A DNA stretch of 64,000 bases from Alphaproteobacteria bacterium (GTDB lineage Bacteria; Pseudomonadota; Alphaproteobacteria; SP197), in assembly GCA_965228895.1 (NCBI GenBank), contig OZ245842.1, forward strand, positions 5,088,001 through 5,152,000, read 5' to 3'. A program made the translations under genes and the position numbers. How positions within the stretch are numbered: the stretch's first letter is position 1; the number at the start of each line of letters is the position of its first letter. The notes beneath the pieces were generated by a model, which worked only from the letters and a program-made list of their open reading frames with translations, was not told where the DNA came from and did not search any database. Below are positions 9,154 to 17,153 of the stretch, piece by piece.

Positions 9154-9292
9154 TTGAGCGGATCGTGGTCAGGTGGAACCGGGTGACGGTTCAACCTGAC
9201 CACGTGAATCCGTTCTAACTGTTATGTATAGAGCAGATTCACCTGCCTTGACGGAATCACGAAGCGATTCCGTCAAGGCAGGATCTGCTCTA
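9154..9292. repeat. 139-bp bipartite hairpin element, family A, copy 1 (RIME/MITE-like)
   Basis: ttgagcggat-[41-nt hairpin]-tgaatccgttcta-N11-tagagcagattca-[41-nt hairpin]-atctgctcta; right end supplies the amtB TAG stop. Confidence 0.88.
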
Positions 9293-10609
9293 AGCCGTCA
9301 CCGAGTCCCGGCCGAACTCCGGATAGGCGGCCATGCCGAGCTCGACCTGATCGAGGCCCGCGACCTCATCGTCGGCGCTGACCCGCAGCCCCACCGTCAC
9401 CTTCAAGGCGAACCAGACGAGCGCGCTGGCGGCGGCGACAAACGCGCCGATGGCGACAACGCCGATTGCCTGGACGGCAAAGCTTGCCTCGGCATTGGTC
9501 AGCGGCACCGCCATGGTGCCCCAGATGCCGGCGAAGAGATGGACCGGAATGGCGCCGACCACATCGTCGATCTTCAATCGGTCGAGCAAGGGGACGCCGG
9601 CGGCGACGATCAGCGCGCCGATGCCGCCGATGACGATGGCCTCGCCGATGGTCGGTGTGTCCGGGCCGGCGGTGATGCTGACCAGGCCGGCGAGCGCGCC
9701 GTTCAGCACCATGGTCAGATCGACCTTGCGGTAGACCAGTTGGGTGGCGACCGCTGCGGCGACAACGCCACCGGCCGCCGCCATGCCGGTATTGGCGAAG
9801 ATGTTCGCCATGGCCGCCGCGTCGGCTGCTGAGCCCAGTGCCAGCTGCGAGCCGCCGTTAAAGCCGAACCAACCGAGCCACAGGATAAAGGTGCCGAGCG
9901 TCGCCAGCGGCAGCGACGAGGGCGGCAGCAGGCGGATCTCACGCTTTGGCCCATACTTGCCGGCGCGCGCGCCCAGGATGATGGCGCCGGTCAGCGCCGC
10001 CCAGCCGCCGACCGAGTGGACGATCGTCGAGCCGGCGAAATCGGCGAAACCTTCTTGCGCCAGCCAGCCGCCGCCCCATTGCCACGCGCCCTGGATCGGA
10101 TAGATGACCGCGGTCAGGACAACGACGAAAGCCAGGAACGGCCACAGCTTGATGCGTTCGGCCAGCGTCCCCGACACGATCGACGCGGCGGTCGCGACAA
10201 ATACCATCTGGAAGAACCAGTCCGACGCCGCGGCATAGCCGCCCTCGAAGTTGCCATCGGCGATCGCGCTGTCATCGCCGACCCATGGCGCGAAGCTGCC
10301 GATCAGCCCGCCATCGACGCCGGCATACATCAGGTTGTAGCCGACCAGGTAATAGGCGATGCCGGCGATCGAGAAGAGCATGATGTTCTTGACGCAGATG
10401 GTCGCCACCGACTTGGTGCGCACCATGCCGGCTTCCAGCATGGTGAAACCGGCCGCCATCCACATGACGAGCGCGCCGTTGACCAGAAACGAAAAGGTGT
10501 TGAGCACGTAGGCCGTTTCCGCCTCGACGCCGGCATGGGCCAGGCCGGGCAGCAGGATCGCGCCGCCGAACAGAATGGCGAATGCCCTTCGCCCTAATTT
10601 GGTTGTCAT
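9290..10609 (-). CDS. amtB: Ammonium transporter (Amt family)
   Basis: GFTMLEAGMVR, FFQMVF, DFAGSTIVHSVGG, WFGFNGGS, DDVVGAIPVH (twin-His pore). Confidence 0.95.
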   Translation of the reverse strand: MTTKLGRRAFAILFGGAILLPGLAHAGVEAETAYVLNTFSFLVNGALVMWMAAGFTMLEAGMVRTKSVATICVKNIMLFSIAGIAYYLVGYNLMYAGVDGGLIGSFAPWVGDDSAIADGNFEGGYAAASDWFFQMVFVATAASIVSGTLAERIKLWPFLAFVVVLTAVIYPIQGAWQWGGGWLAQEGFADFAGSTIVHSVGGWAALTGAIILGARAGKYGPKREIRLLPPSSLPLATLGTFILWLGWFGFNGGSQLALGSAADAAAMANIFANTGMAAAGGVVAAAVATQLVYRKVDLTMVLNGALAGLVSITAGPDTPTIGEAIVIGGIGALIVAAGVPLLDRLKIDDVVGAIPVHLFAGIWGTMAVPLTNAEASFAVQAIGVVAIGAFVAAASALVWFALKVTVGLRVSADDEVAGLDQVELGMAAYPEFGRDSVTA

Positions 10610-10670
10610 CGAAAACCTCCCAGGTTTGCCGTGTACCCGCGTACGGGCACGTTCCCGGAAGACTCCCTTT

Positions 10671-10797
10671 TCAAACGGCGTGCCATTCTGCTGCGCCGCA
10701 ACAAATAGAGCTATATCAATGCGTTAGGATTCAGCATGTCACCGTCCCTGACGCATTTGCCCGCCGATTAGGCAACCGTCTGCCTATCCAGGCAGCA
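10671..10797 (-). promoter_or_regulatory. Putative sigma54 promoter with IHF site and two NtrC-like enhancer sites upstream of amtB
   Basis: Minus strand TGGCACGccgtTTGA (10685-10671; GA instead of GC at -12); TATCAA-N4-TTA at 10714-10726; TGC-N11-GCA boxes at 10758-10774 and 10781-10797. Confidence 0.65.
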
Positions 10798-10801
10798 CCG
10801 C

Positions 10802-11734
10802 TCAGCCCGTCTCGCCGGCCAGGCGCCGCTCGCGGTGCCAGACGTAAAGGCCGCTGCCAACGATGATGGCGATGCCCAGCCAGGTGATGGCGTCAGGGAA
10901 GTCGCGCCAGATCAGATATCCCAGGATCGTGCCGCCGATAATCTCGACATAGGCGAACGGCGCCAGCAAGGAGGCGGGCGCATGGGCATAGGCGCGGATG
11001 GTGAAGCCGTTGCTGCTTGCCGACAGCACCGCGACGACGACGAGGCCGAGCCAGATCACCGGCGTCGGTCCCTGCCAGTAGAACGGCGAACTCACGACAA
11101 GCACGACGAAACCGACGATGGCGCCCCAGAACATCATCGTGCCGGTACCCTCGTGGGGCGCCAGCAGCCGCGTGATCACGGCATAGACGGAAAAGAAGCA
11201 GACCGCGCCCAGCGGCAGCAGCGCGGGCCAGCCCATGCCGCCGTCGAAGGTCGGCCGGATCATGATGAGCGCGCCGGCCAGTCCGAAGGCGCATGCCAAC
11301 CAGCGGCGCGGGCCGACCTTCTCCTTCAAGACAAGAGCAGCGAGCGCGGTGACCACCAGGGGCCCAAGCATGATGATGGCGATGACATCAACGAGCGGCA
11401 GCAGACCGAGGCCTGAGAAGAAACAGATGGCGCTCGCGAACTGGCAACAGGAACGCACGAGCTGCAGGCCGGGCCGTCGGGTCTTGACCAGGCGCGCCAG
11501 ATTGGTCGTGCGTGAGATGAACGGCACGGCACCGATCATCGCGGCGGCTTGAAACAGCGCGACCTGAAACACCGGGACCTGTTCGATGGTGAGTTTGGCG
11601 ACCGCGTCGGAACAATTGATCAGGATCAGCGCCGTCAGCATCAGCAGGATGCCGATCATGTGCGGGTGGCGTCCGGCGCCGGTCACGATGTCGCCGTGCA
11701 CGGTCTCCGGCGGCGGAAGATCAGGGTGAGTCAT
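10802..11734 (-). CDS. DMT/EamA family transporter
   Basis: About 10 TM segments, LKEKVGPRRW, IMIRP, APASLLAPFAY motifs. Confidence 0.9.
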   Translation of the reverse strand: MTHPDLPPPETVHGDIVTGAGRHPHMIGILLMLTALILINCSDAVAKLTIEQVPVFQVALFQAAAMIGAVPFISRTTNLARLVKTRRPGLQLVRSCCQFASAICFFSGLGLLPLVDVIAIIMLGPLVVTALAALVLKEKVGPRRWLACAFGLAGALIMIRPTFDGGMGWPALLPLGAVCFFSVYAVITRLLAPHEGTGTMMFWGAIVGFVVLVVSSPFYWQGPTPVIWLGLVVVAVLSASSNGFTIRAYAHAPASLLAPFAYVEIIGGTILGYLIWRDFPDAITWLGIAIIVGSGLYVWHRERRLAGETG

Positions 11735-11746
11735 GATGTCACGTTG

Positions 11747-12739
11747 TCAGTCGAACGCGCGAAGCGTGTCATAACGGCCACGTCGATACAGGAGAATCTC
11801 ACGTAGAAGCACGCCTCCTGGGATCACAAAAAGTAGAAAGAACGATGTGTGCTGCGAGAGGACGCTCCAAGTTGGAAAGCCCAACATTGGAAAATGTATG
11901 TAGTAGAGATCTCGCACATTGATGGCCGCCAGCATTGCAAATTCAACTAGGGCAACTTTCGGCAACGTCGTCATAACAAGCGCCCGAAACCATAGCGAAC
12001 GGACGACTGCAAGTATTACGGCAGCGGCAACGATCAACGTCGTGTCGATTTCAAAGGGGCCGACGGTGTCGAGTGTCATGATGATTAGAAGCGCAACACC
12101 GGTCGCCAACGCATCCCAAAAAAGCAGCGGTGCCACCGACCGTGTGCGTGCCAAACCTCGACCGAGTACGAGGTATACGATGAACGCCACAATGGCGAAC
12201 CAGACATAGGGAGATGTTGCCGTTGCGCGAGCGTACAGGCAGAACACCGACGGCGCGTTCTGAACCCCGTAGAGCCAAACAGCCGGTGTCACAAACACTG
12301 TCAGCGCAAGCAAAGCGATCAGCGCTGCCCCAAGTGTCACACCCGACGGTCGTTCGTCCAAAAAACGGCGTGACACACACATGGCAACAAGGGGCACGAG
12401 ACCGATAAAGAGCCACGCAAAGCCGGACCTGATCACCGCTTCATAGAGACATACAAGGAAGACGATGCGAGACGCCATCCAGGATGTCATGGCCAGTGGC
12501 GCACCTGGCCAAACCATGTCTTGAAACCCGGTCCTCAATGCGAGCACCATCGCCAGAATGACTGAGCCAGCCATTCCGCCCGCAATCCAATTCAGGCCAT
12601 CGATTTGCACATTCGCCAATGCGAGCGACGTATGACCACCGCAAAACAAGAGGGTGGCAAGCAATGCGATTGCTAGACCGCCAATAGGTGGGTAGCGCCA
12701 CCAAGGTATCCGGCTGGACTCTGTTTGCTCGCCCGACAC
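11747..12739 (-). CDS. Divergent DMT/EamA-like membrane protein
   Basis: 330-aa hydrophobic ORF, RRFLDERPS resembles the EamA LxE loop; AT-richer than flanks; GTG start. Confidence 0.55.
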   Translation of the reverse strand: MSGEQTESSRIPWWRYPPIGGLAIALLATLLFCGGHTSLALANVQIDGLNWIAGGMAGSVILAMVLALRTGFQDMVWPGAPLAMTSWMASRIVFLVCLYEAVIRSGFAWLFIGLVPLVAMCVSRRFLDERPSGVTLGAALIALLALTVFVTPAVWLYGVQNAPSVFCLYARATATSPYVWFAIVAFIVYLVLGRGLARTRSVAPLLFWDALATGVALLIIMTLDTVGPFEIDTTLIVAAAVILAVVRSLWFRALVMTTLPKVALVEFAMLAAINVRDLYYIHFPMLGFPTWSVLSQHTSFFLLFVIPGGVLLREILLYRRGRYDTLRAFD

Positions 12740-12759
12740 AAGCTAACCGAAAGCTGTCG

Positions 12760-14130
12760 TCACGGCTGTTGACCAGCGAGCGCGACTTCGATCGCCTTGC
12801 CCAGGCGCAGAAGAGAGGCTTCTTGGTTGGCGCGCTGCATGACCATCAGGCCGGCTGGCAGGCCCAGGTCGTCGCGGCCACAGGGCAGTGTCAGCGCGCA
12901 GAGCTTCAAGAGATTGCCGGGCGTCGTGTTGCGCAGGGTGCCGCGGTTGGCGTGGCGGTAGGCCCGCTCATCGTCGATCAGATCGGCAATCGGCGGCGGG
13001 CTGATCGGCACGGTCGGGGCGATCATCGCATCCCACCCGGCAAGCCGCCGGTACATGACATCCTGCACGGCCTTCAATTCATTCTGCATGCGCACGAGAT
13101 CGTAGCCGGCGAGCTTGGTGCCGTCGCGGAAGCGCGGCAGCATGTTGGCGTAGATCAGGTCGGGTTTTTCTTCGACCAGATCGCCCCAGCAGGCATAGGC
13201 CTCGACGGTGACGACGCCACCACCCTTGCCCATGATCTGGACGGCCTGGTCGATCTCGTCGACCTGCTCCCAGGTCACCGTGGCGCCGGCGCGCTCCAGG
13301 GCTTCGACACCGGCGCGCACGGCGCGCTCGATGCCCGGATCTATATCGACCCAAAGTCCGTTCGTGGGCGCCAGGAACCGTTTGCCTTTCAGCGAGGCGC
13401 CGGCCAGATCGGCGGCCTTGCGGCCGCTCAGAACCGACCACACCGCGTTGGCATCGGCGACGTCGCGGGTCAGCGGGCCGATCGTATCCAGGCTGGGCGA
13501 CAGCGGCAGGATGCCGTCCAGGGTGAGATCGCCGGCGGTTGTCTTGAGCCCGACCACACCGTTGAGCGACGCCGGGATGCGGACCGACCCGCCGGTGTCC
13601 GACCCGATGCCCGCGGGCGCCAGGCCGCGCGCGACGGAGACCGCGGCGCCGGACGACGATCCGCCGGGGATGCGCGCGACCGTGTCGTCATGGGCGTTGG
13701 GCGGGGTGCCATAGGTCGTGTTGATGCCGAGACCGGAAAACGCGAACTCCGTCAGGTTCGTCTTGCCCAGGCACACCGTGCCGGCCCGTGTGGCGCGCGC
13801 CAGGAGCGTCGCGTCATGCTCGGGCACGCGGCCCTGCAGCGCGCGCGCGGCGCCGTTGGTCTCGACGCCCGCCGTGTCGACCAGGTCCTTCCACGACAGC
13901 GGCACGCCATCGAGCGGCCCGCGCCGCTGGCCCGCCTGGGCGCGCGACCGCGCCGCGATGGCTTCAGCGCGCGCGCGCTCCGGCGTCAGGCGCAGGTAAA
14001 CCAGATGATCGGGATCGTCGGCGGCAATGCGATCGAGAAAGTGGTCGGCCAGCGCCACCGGGTCGATGGCGCCGCTTCCGACGCCCTCGCCCAGTTCCAA
14101 TGCCGTCATGTCGTGCCAGGCCTCGGCCAT
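12760..14130 (-). CDS. Amidase signature family protein (GatA-like amidase)
   Basis: GPLDGVPLSWKD, GKTNLTEFA, PGGSSSG, GSDTGGSVRIPAS (Ser-cisSer-Lys triad). Confidence 0.92.
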   Translation of the reverse strand: MAEAWHDMTALELGEGVGSGAIDPVALADHFLDRIAADDPDHLVYLRLTPERARAEAIAARSRAQAGQRRGPLDGVPLSWKDLVDTAGVETNGAARALQGRVPEHDATLLARATRAGTVCLGKTNLTEFAFSGLGINTTYGTPPNAHDDTVARIPGGSSSGAAVSVARGLAPAGIGSDTGGSVRIPASLNGVVGLKTTAGDLTLDGILPLSPSLDTIGPLTRDVADANAVWSVLSGRKAADLAGASLKGKRFLAPTNGLWVDIDPGIERAVRAGVEALERAGATVTWEQVDEIDQAVQIMGKGGGVVTVEAYACWGDLVEEKPDLIYANMLPRFRDGTKLAGYDLVRMQNELKAVQDVMYRRLAGWDAMIAPTVPISPPPIADLIDDERAYRHANRGTLRNTTPGNLLKLCALTLPCGRDDLGLPAGLMVMQRANQEASLLRLGKAIEVALAGQQP

Positions 14131-14150
14131 CGGCGCCCCTCTCGTTTTGC

Positions 14151-14214
14151 TTGTGCGGATTCACCTGCCTTGATGTCACCGCGAAGCGATTCCATCAAAA
14201 CAGGATCTGCTCTA
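14151..14214. repeat. Family A element, single half copy
   Basis: ttgtgcggat-tca-[41 nt]-atctgctcta; core nearly identical to the second core of the 58298 copy. Confidence 0.8.
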
Positions 14215-14279
14215 GGTCGCCAATCTAGTCTGCCCCGGTTGTTCTGGACAATGCGTCGTGGCGTGACGATGTTTCCCTT

Positions 14280-15503
14280 ATGGATGTTTCGAACCGACCT
14301 GACACCGATATCGCCATCGTTGGCGGTGGCCTGAACGGTCTGACGGCGGCCGTGGCGCTGGCCGGCGCCGGCTTCGACATCACGCTGATCGACCGGCTTG
14401 ATCCCCGCGAGACGCTGGACGCCGGGTTTGACGGGCGCGTCTCGTCGATCGCCTGGAGCTCCAAGGTCATGCTGGAGACCATGGGTGTCTGGCAGGGGGT
14501 CGCCAGGGAGGCCGAGCCGATCCTGGAAATCCGGGTTTCCGACGGCAACGCGCCGCTTTTCCTGCACTACGACCACCGGGATGTCGGCGATCACCCGCTT
14601 GGTTTTATCGCCGAGAACCGCACCCTGCGCCGCGCGCTGATCGACCGGGTGGCAAGCCTCGACAACATTCAGATCAAGGCGCCACACAGCGTGGCGGCGA
14701 TGGAGCGGGGGCCTGAAACCGCCACCGTGAGCCTTGCCGATGGCAGCGCTATCAGCGCGCGTCTGGTGATCGCCTGCGACGGCGCGTTATCGCCGGTGCG
14801 CGCCATGGCGGGCATTCGCCATATCCGTCACGCCTATGGCCAGACCGGGATTGTCACGACCGTGCTGCACGAACGGCCCCATCGCAGCATCGCCCATGAG
14901 CGTTTCTTGCCGGCCGGCCCGTTCGCCATCCTACCCCTGCCCGGCAACCGCTCGTCGCTCGTGTGGACCGAAGCCGACGACATCGCCGAACGGATCGTGG
15001 CGCTCGATGACGACGCGTTTCTTGAGGAGCTCATGTGGCGCTTCGGCGATTTTATGGGGACCCTTCAGCCGACCGGGCCACGCTGGTCCTATCCGCTCAC
15101 CCTGGTCCATGCGGAACGTTATGCCGATCACCGGCTGGCGCTGGTGGGCGATGCCGCCCATCTGATCCATCCGATCGCCGGCCAAGGCTATAACCTCGGC
15201 CTGCGCGATACCGCTGCCCTGGCCGAGGTCCTGGCCGATCGGCGCCGGCTCGGTCTGGAGCCCGGCCATATGGACGGCCTCGAGCGTTACGCCCGCTGGC
15301 GCCGGGTCGACAACCTCATGTTGATCGCCGTCACAGACAGTCTTAACCGTTTGTTCTCGAACGATCTGGCGCCGATCAGGCTGGCGCGGGACCTCGGGCT
15401 GGCCGCTGTTAACCAATTGCCGCCTCTCAAAAAACTTTTCATGCGCCATGCGATGGGAACCGTCGGCCATCTTCCGCGGCTGCTGCGCGGCGAGGTGCTC
15501 TGA
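14280..15503 (+). CDS. ubiL: Ubiquinone biosynthesis FAD-dependent hydroxylase (UbiH/UbiL family)
   Basis: GGGLNG Rossmann motif, FDGRVSSI, ERFLPAGPFAILP, LVGDAAHLIHPIAGQGYNLGLRD, LFSND. Confidence 0.85.
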   Translation: MDVSNRPDTDIAIVGGGLNGLTAAVALAGAGFDITLIDRLDPRETLDAGFDGRVSSIAWSSKVMLETMGVWQGVAREAEPILEIRVSDGNAPLFLHYDHRDVGDHPLGFIAENRTLRRALIDRVASLDNIQIKAPHSVAAMERGPETATVSLADGSAISARLVIACDGALSPVRAMAGIRHIRHAYGQTGIVTTVLHERPHRSIAHERFLPAGPFAILPLPGNRSSLVWTEADDIAERIVALDDDAFLEELMWRFGDFMGTLQPTGPRWSYPLTLVHAERYADHRLALVGDAAHLIHPIAGQGYNLGLRDTAALAEVLADRRRLGLEPGHMDGLERYARWRRVDNLMLIAVTDSLNRLFSNDLAPIRLARDLGLAAVNQLPPLKKLFMRHAMGTVGHLPRLLRGEVL

Positions 15504-15648
15504 CGGCCTGCCGCTAACCGGTTGATTACCAACGCTTATGACGAATTGACCAGTCGTCACCAATCGAAATGAGCAGCCTCATTACCGATTAGGGCGCGTG
15601 CGTTCGCCGATGAGCGGCGCGGGCGGCCGGATAAATGTATCCAAAGTG

Positions 15649-15859
15649 TTATCGCGACACGGCCGACCCCCTCGAAACCTCCGCGCCGCGATAAAGGTTA
15701 AGCATCATCGACCTCCTTGATGCGTCCAGCGGCCCACCCAGCCAACCGGCGCATCGCAGATCAGAACCGGACCCGAGCCTCCCCCGACCCCAAACCCCAC
15801 CGGTCCTGGTCTTTCTTCAGACGCCGCTCCCTGCCCCAAGGGAGCGGCGTCATTTTTTT
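15649..15859 (+). ncRNA. Candidate sRNA with multiple hairpins bearing C-rich loops
   Basis: Stems 15649-15662/15681-15694, 15719-15726/15748-15755 and 15758-15770/15800-15812 with C-rich loops, followed by an intrinsic terminator; no credible ORF in the region. Confidence 0.5.
15820..15859 (+). terminator. Rho-independent terminator
   Basis: gacgccgctccct-gcccca-agggagcggcgtc followed by attttttt. Confidence 0.85.
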
Positions 15860-15870
15860 GGTCACTGGGT

Positions 15871-15901
15871 TTGACCTTCCAGCAACGGGAGGCCTTAGCG
15901 T
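15871..15901 (+). promoter_or_regulatory. CueR (MerR-type) promoter for the cytochrome c gene
   Basis: TTGACC -35, 19-bp spacer carrying ACCTTCC-N7-GGAGGC dyad, TAGCGT -10. Confidence 0.75.
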
Positions 15902-15936
15902 GCTGGTCTTGTTGCGACTGCAAGGGTCAGAAAGTC

Positions 15937-16326
15937 ATGTTTTTTCGTCTTGGCGCAGCCGCGCTTGCGTTGGTCGGCGCCGCTTTCAGTGCCGTCGTCG
16001 CGCTTTCGGGCGAACACGAAGTCGACGTGGTCGTGCCGTCCTTGTCGGGGCCGGCGCTTGAGGGCCAAGCCGTGTTCGAGCAATTCTGCGCCGAATGCCA
16101 CGGGGCAACCGCCGGCGGCACCGAAAAGGGTCCGCCCCTGGTCCATCCGCTCTACAATCCCGGCCACCACGGTGACATGGCGTTCGTACGGGCTGCGCAA
16201 CAGGGTGCGCGCGCCCACCACTGGGGTTTCGGCGACATGGATCCGGTGCCTGATGTCACCGATCAGGATCTGTTCCTCATCATTCGTTATGTCCGCGCCC
16301 TACAGGAGGCCAACGGCATCCACTGA
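15937..16326 (+). CDS. Monoheme cytochrome c, His-rich, copper-cluster associated
   Basis: Signal peptide, CAECH heme motif, GPPL, GHHGD and AHHWGFGDM. Confidence 0.85.
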   Translation: MFFRLGAAALALVGAAFSAVVALSGEHEVDVVVPSLSGPALEGQAVFEQFCAECHGATAGGTEKGPPLVHPLYNPGHHGDMAFVRAAQQGARAHHWGFGDMDPVPDVTDQDLFLIIRYVRALQEANGIH

Positions 16327-16349
16327 ATGGACTTTTTTGCCGTAGAGCC

Positions 16350-16372
16350 TTGACCTTCCAGTTACTGGAAGT
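16350..16372 (+). promoter_or_regulatory. CueR box upstream of the SHOCT-cueR-copA operon
   Basis: TTGACC overlapping the perfect dyad CTTCCAGT-T-ACTGGAAG; -10 element not clear. Confidence 0.72.
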
Positions 16373-16425
16373 CCCACTTACACTGGGTTCATCGGGACCA
16401 CAGAACGACAGCGGAGGGTCCGGTC

Positions 16426-16746
16426 ATGATACCCAGCATTCGATTTTCAGGATGGTTGGCGGCGACGGCGGTTTTGGCCGCGCCCGCCTTGGCCTGGGCC
16501 GATTACGGTGATGGCCAACATATGATGTGGGGCGGCGGCATGGGTGGCCTGTTCGGTATCGTCATGATGCTGATCATGGTGGCCCTCATCGCGGCGGTGG
16601 TCGCCTTGATCTGGCGCGCGATCAATCCGGGCAAGTCGCAGACAACGAGCGACGATTCGGCGCTTGGGATTTTGAAGGAGCGCTACGCAAGGGGCGAGAT
16701 CGACAAGCAGGAATACGAGGAACGGCGTCGGATTCTCAAGGCATGA
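16426..16746 (+). CDS. SHOCT-domain membrane protein
   Basis: Signal peptide, Met/Gly-rich HMMWGGGMGG, TM helix, ALGILKERYARGEIDKQEYEERRRIL. Confidence 0.85.
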   Translation: MIPSIRFSGWLAATAVLAAPALAWADYGDGQHMMWGGGMGGLFGIVMMLIMVALIAAVVALIWRAINPGKSQTTSDDSALGILKERYARGEIDKQEYEERRRILKA

Positions 16747-17153
16747 GTGGCCTGACCATCGGACAGGCGGCCGAATATTCGGGTCTGCCGGCCAAGACGA
16801 TTCGTTTCTACGAGGAGATTGGCCTTGTCGAACCCGCGCACCGGACCGACAACGGTTATCGCGTCTATTCCGATGCGGATCTCCACGTCCTGCGTTTTGT
16901 CGAGCGCGCGCGGCGCCATGGATTTACTGTCGATGACTGTCGCCAGCTCCTGGCGCTCTATCGCGACCGTGATCGCTCGAGCGGCGAGGTCAAGTCGCTG
17001 ACGCAAAAACGTATTGCTGAGATCGACGGTAAGATTGAGGAGCTCATGTCGATGCGCCGCGCCCTCGCGGACCTGGCCACGCGCTGCCATGGTGACAGCC
17101 GACCAGATTGTCCGATTCTGGACGATCTGGCTGAGGGCGATGACGGTGTATGA
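16743..17153 (+). CDS. cueR: Cu(I)-responsive transcriptional regulator CueR
   Basis: MerR HTH (TIGQAA...[17 protein letters not shown]) and C-terminal [12 protein letters not shown] metal loop; ATGA overlap with the SHOCT gene. Confidence 0.93.
   Translation: MSGLTIGQAAEYSGLPAKTIRFYEEIGLVEPAHRTDNGYRVYSDADLHVLRFVERARRHGFTVDDCRQLLALYRDRDRSSGEVKSLTQKRIAEIDGKIEELMSMRRALADLATRCHGDSRPDCPILDDLAEGDDGV

Noticed and set aside
9036-9203. Extended N-termini in the ORF track (sulfotransferase, also lolA2, copA, gabD, the CapD-like gene and the 37924 ORF)
   Set aside because: Extensions run into repeats or neighbouring genes; downstream starts have better RBS or domain boundaries.
9154-9292. Family A elements as a mini CRISPR array (constant ends, fixed-length variable inserts)
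   Set aside because: Inserts are self-complementary, units are inverted rather than direct, copies are dispersed, and no cas genes are present.
15705-16061. Short ORFs 15705-15923 (-) and 15717-16061 (+) across the candidate sRNA
   Set aside because: Low-complexity translations that cross a terminator and the CueR promoter; no convincing coding signal.
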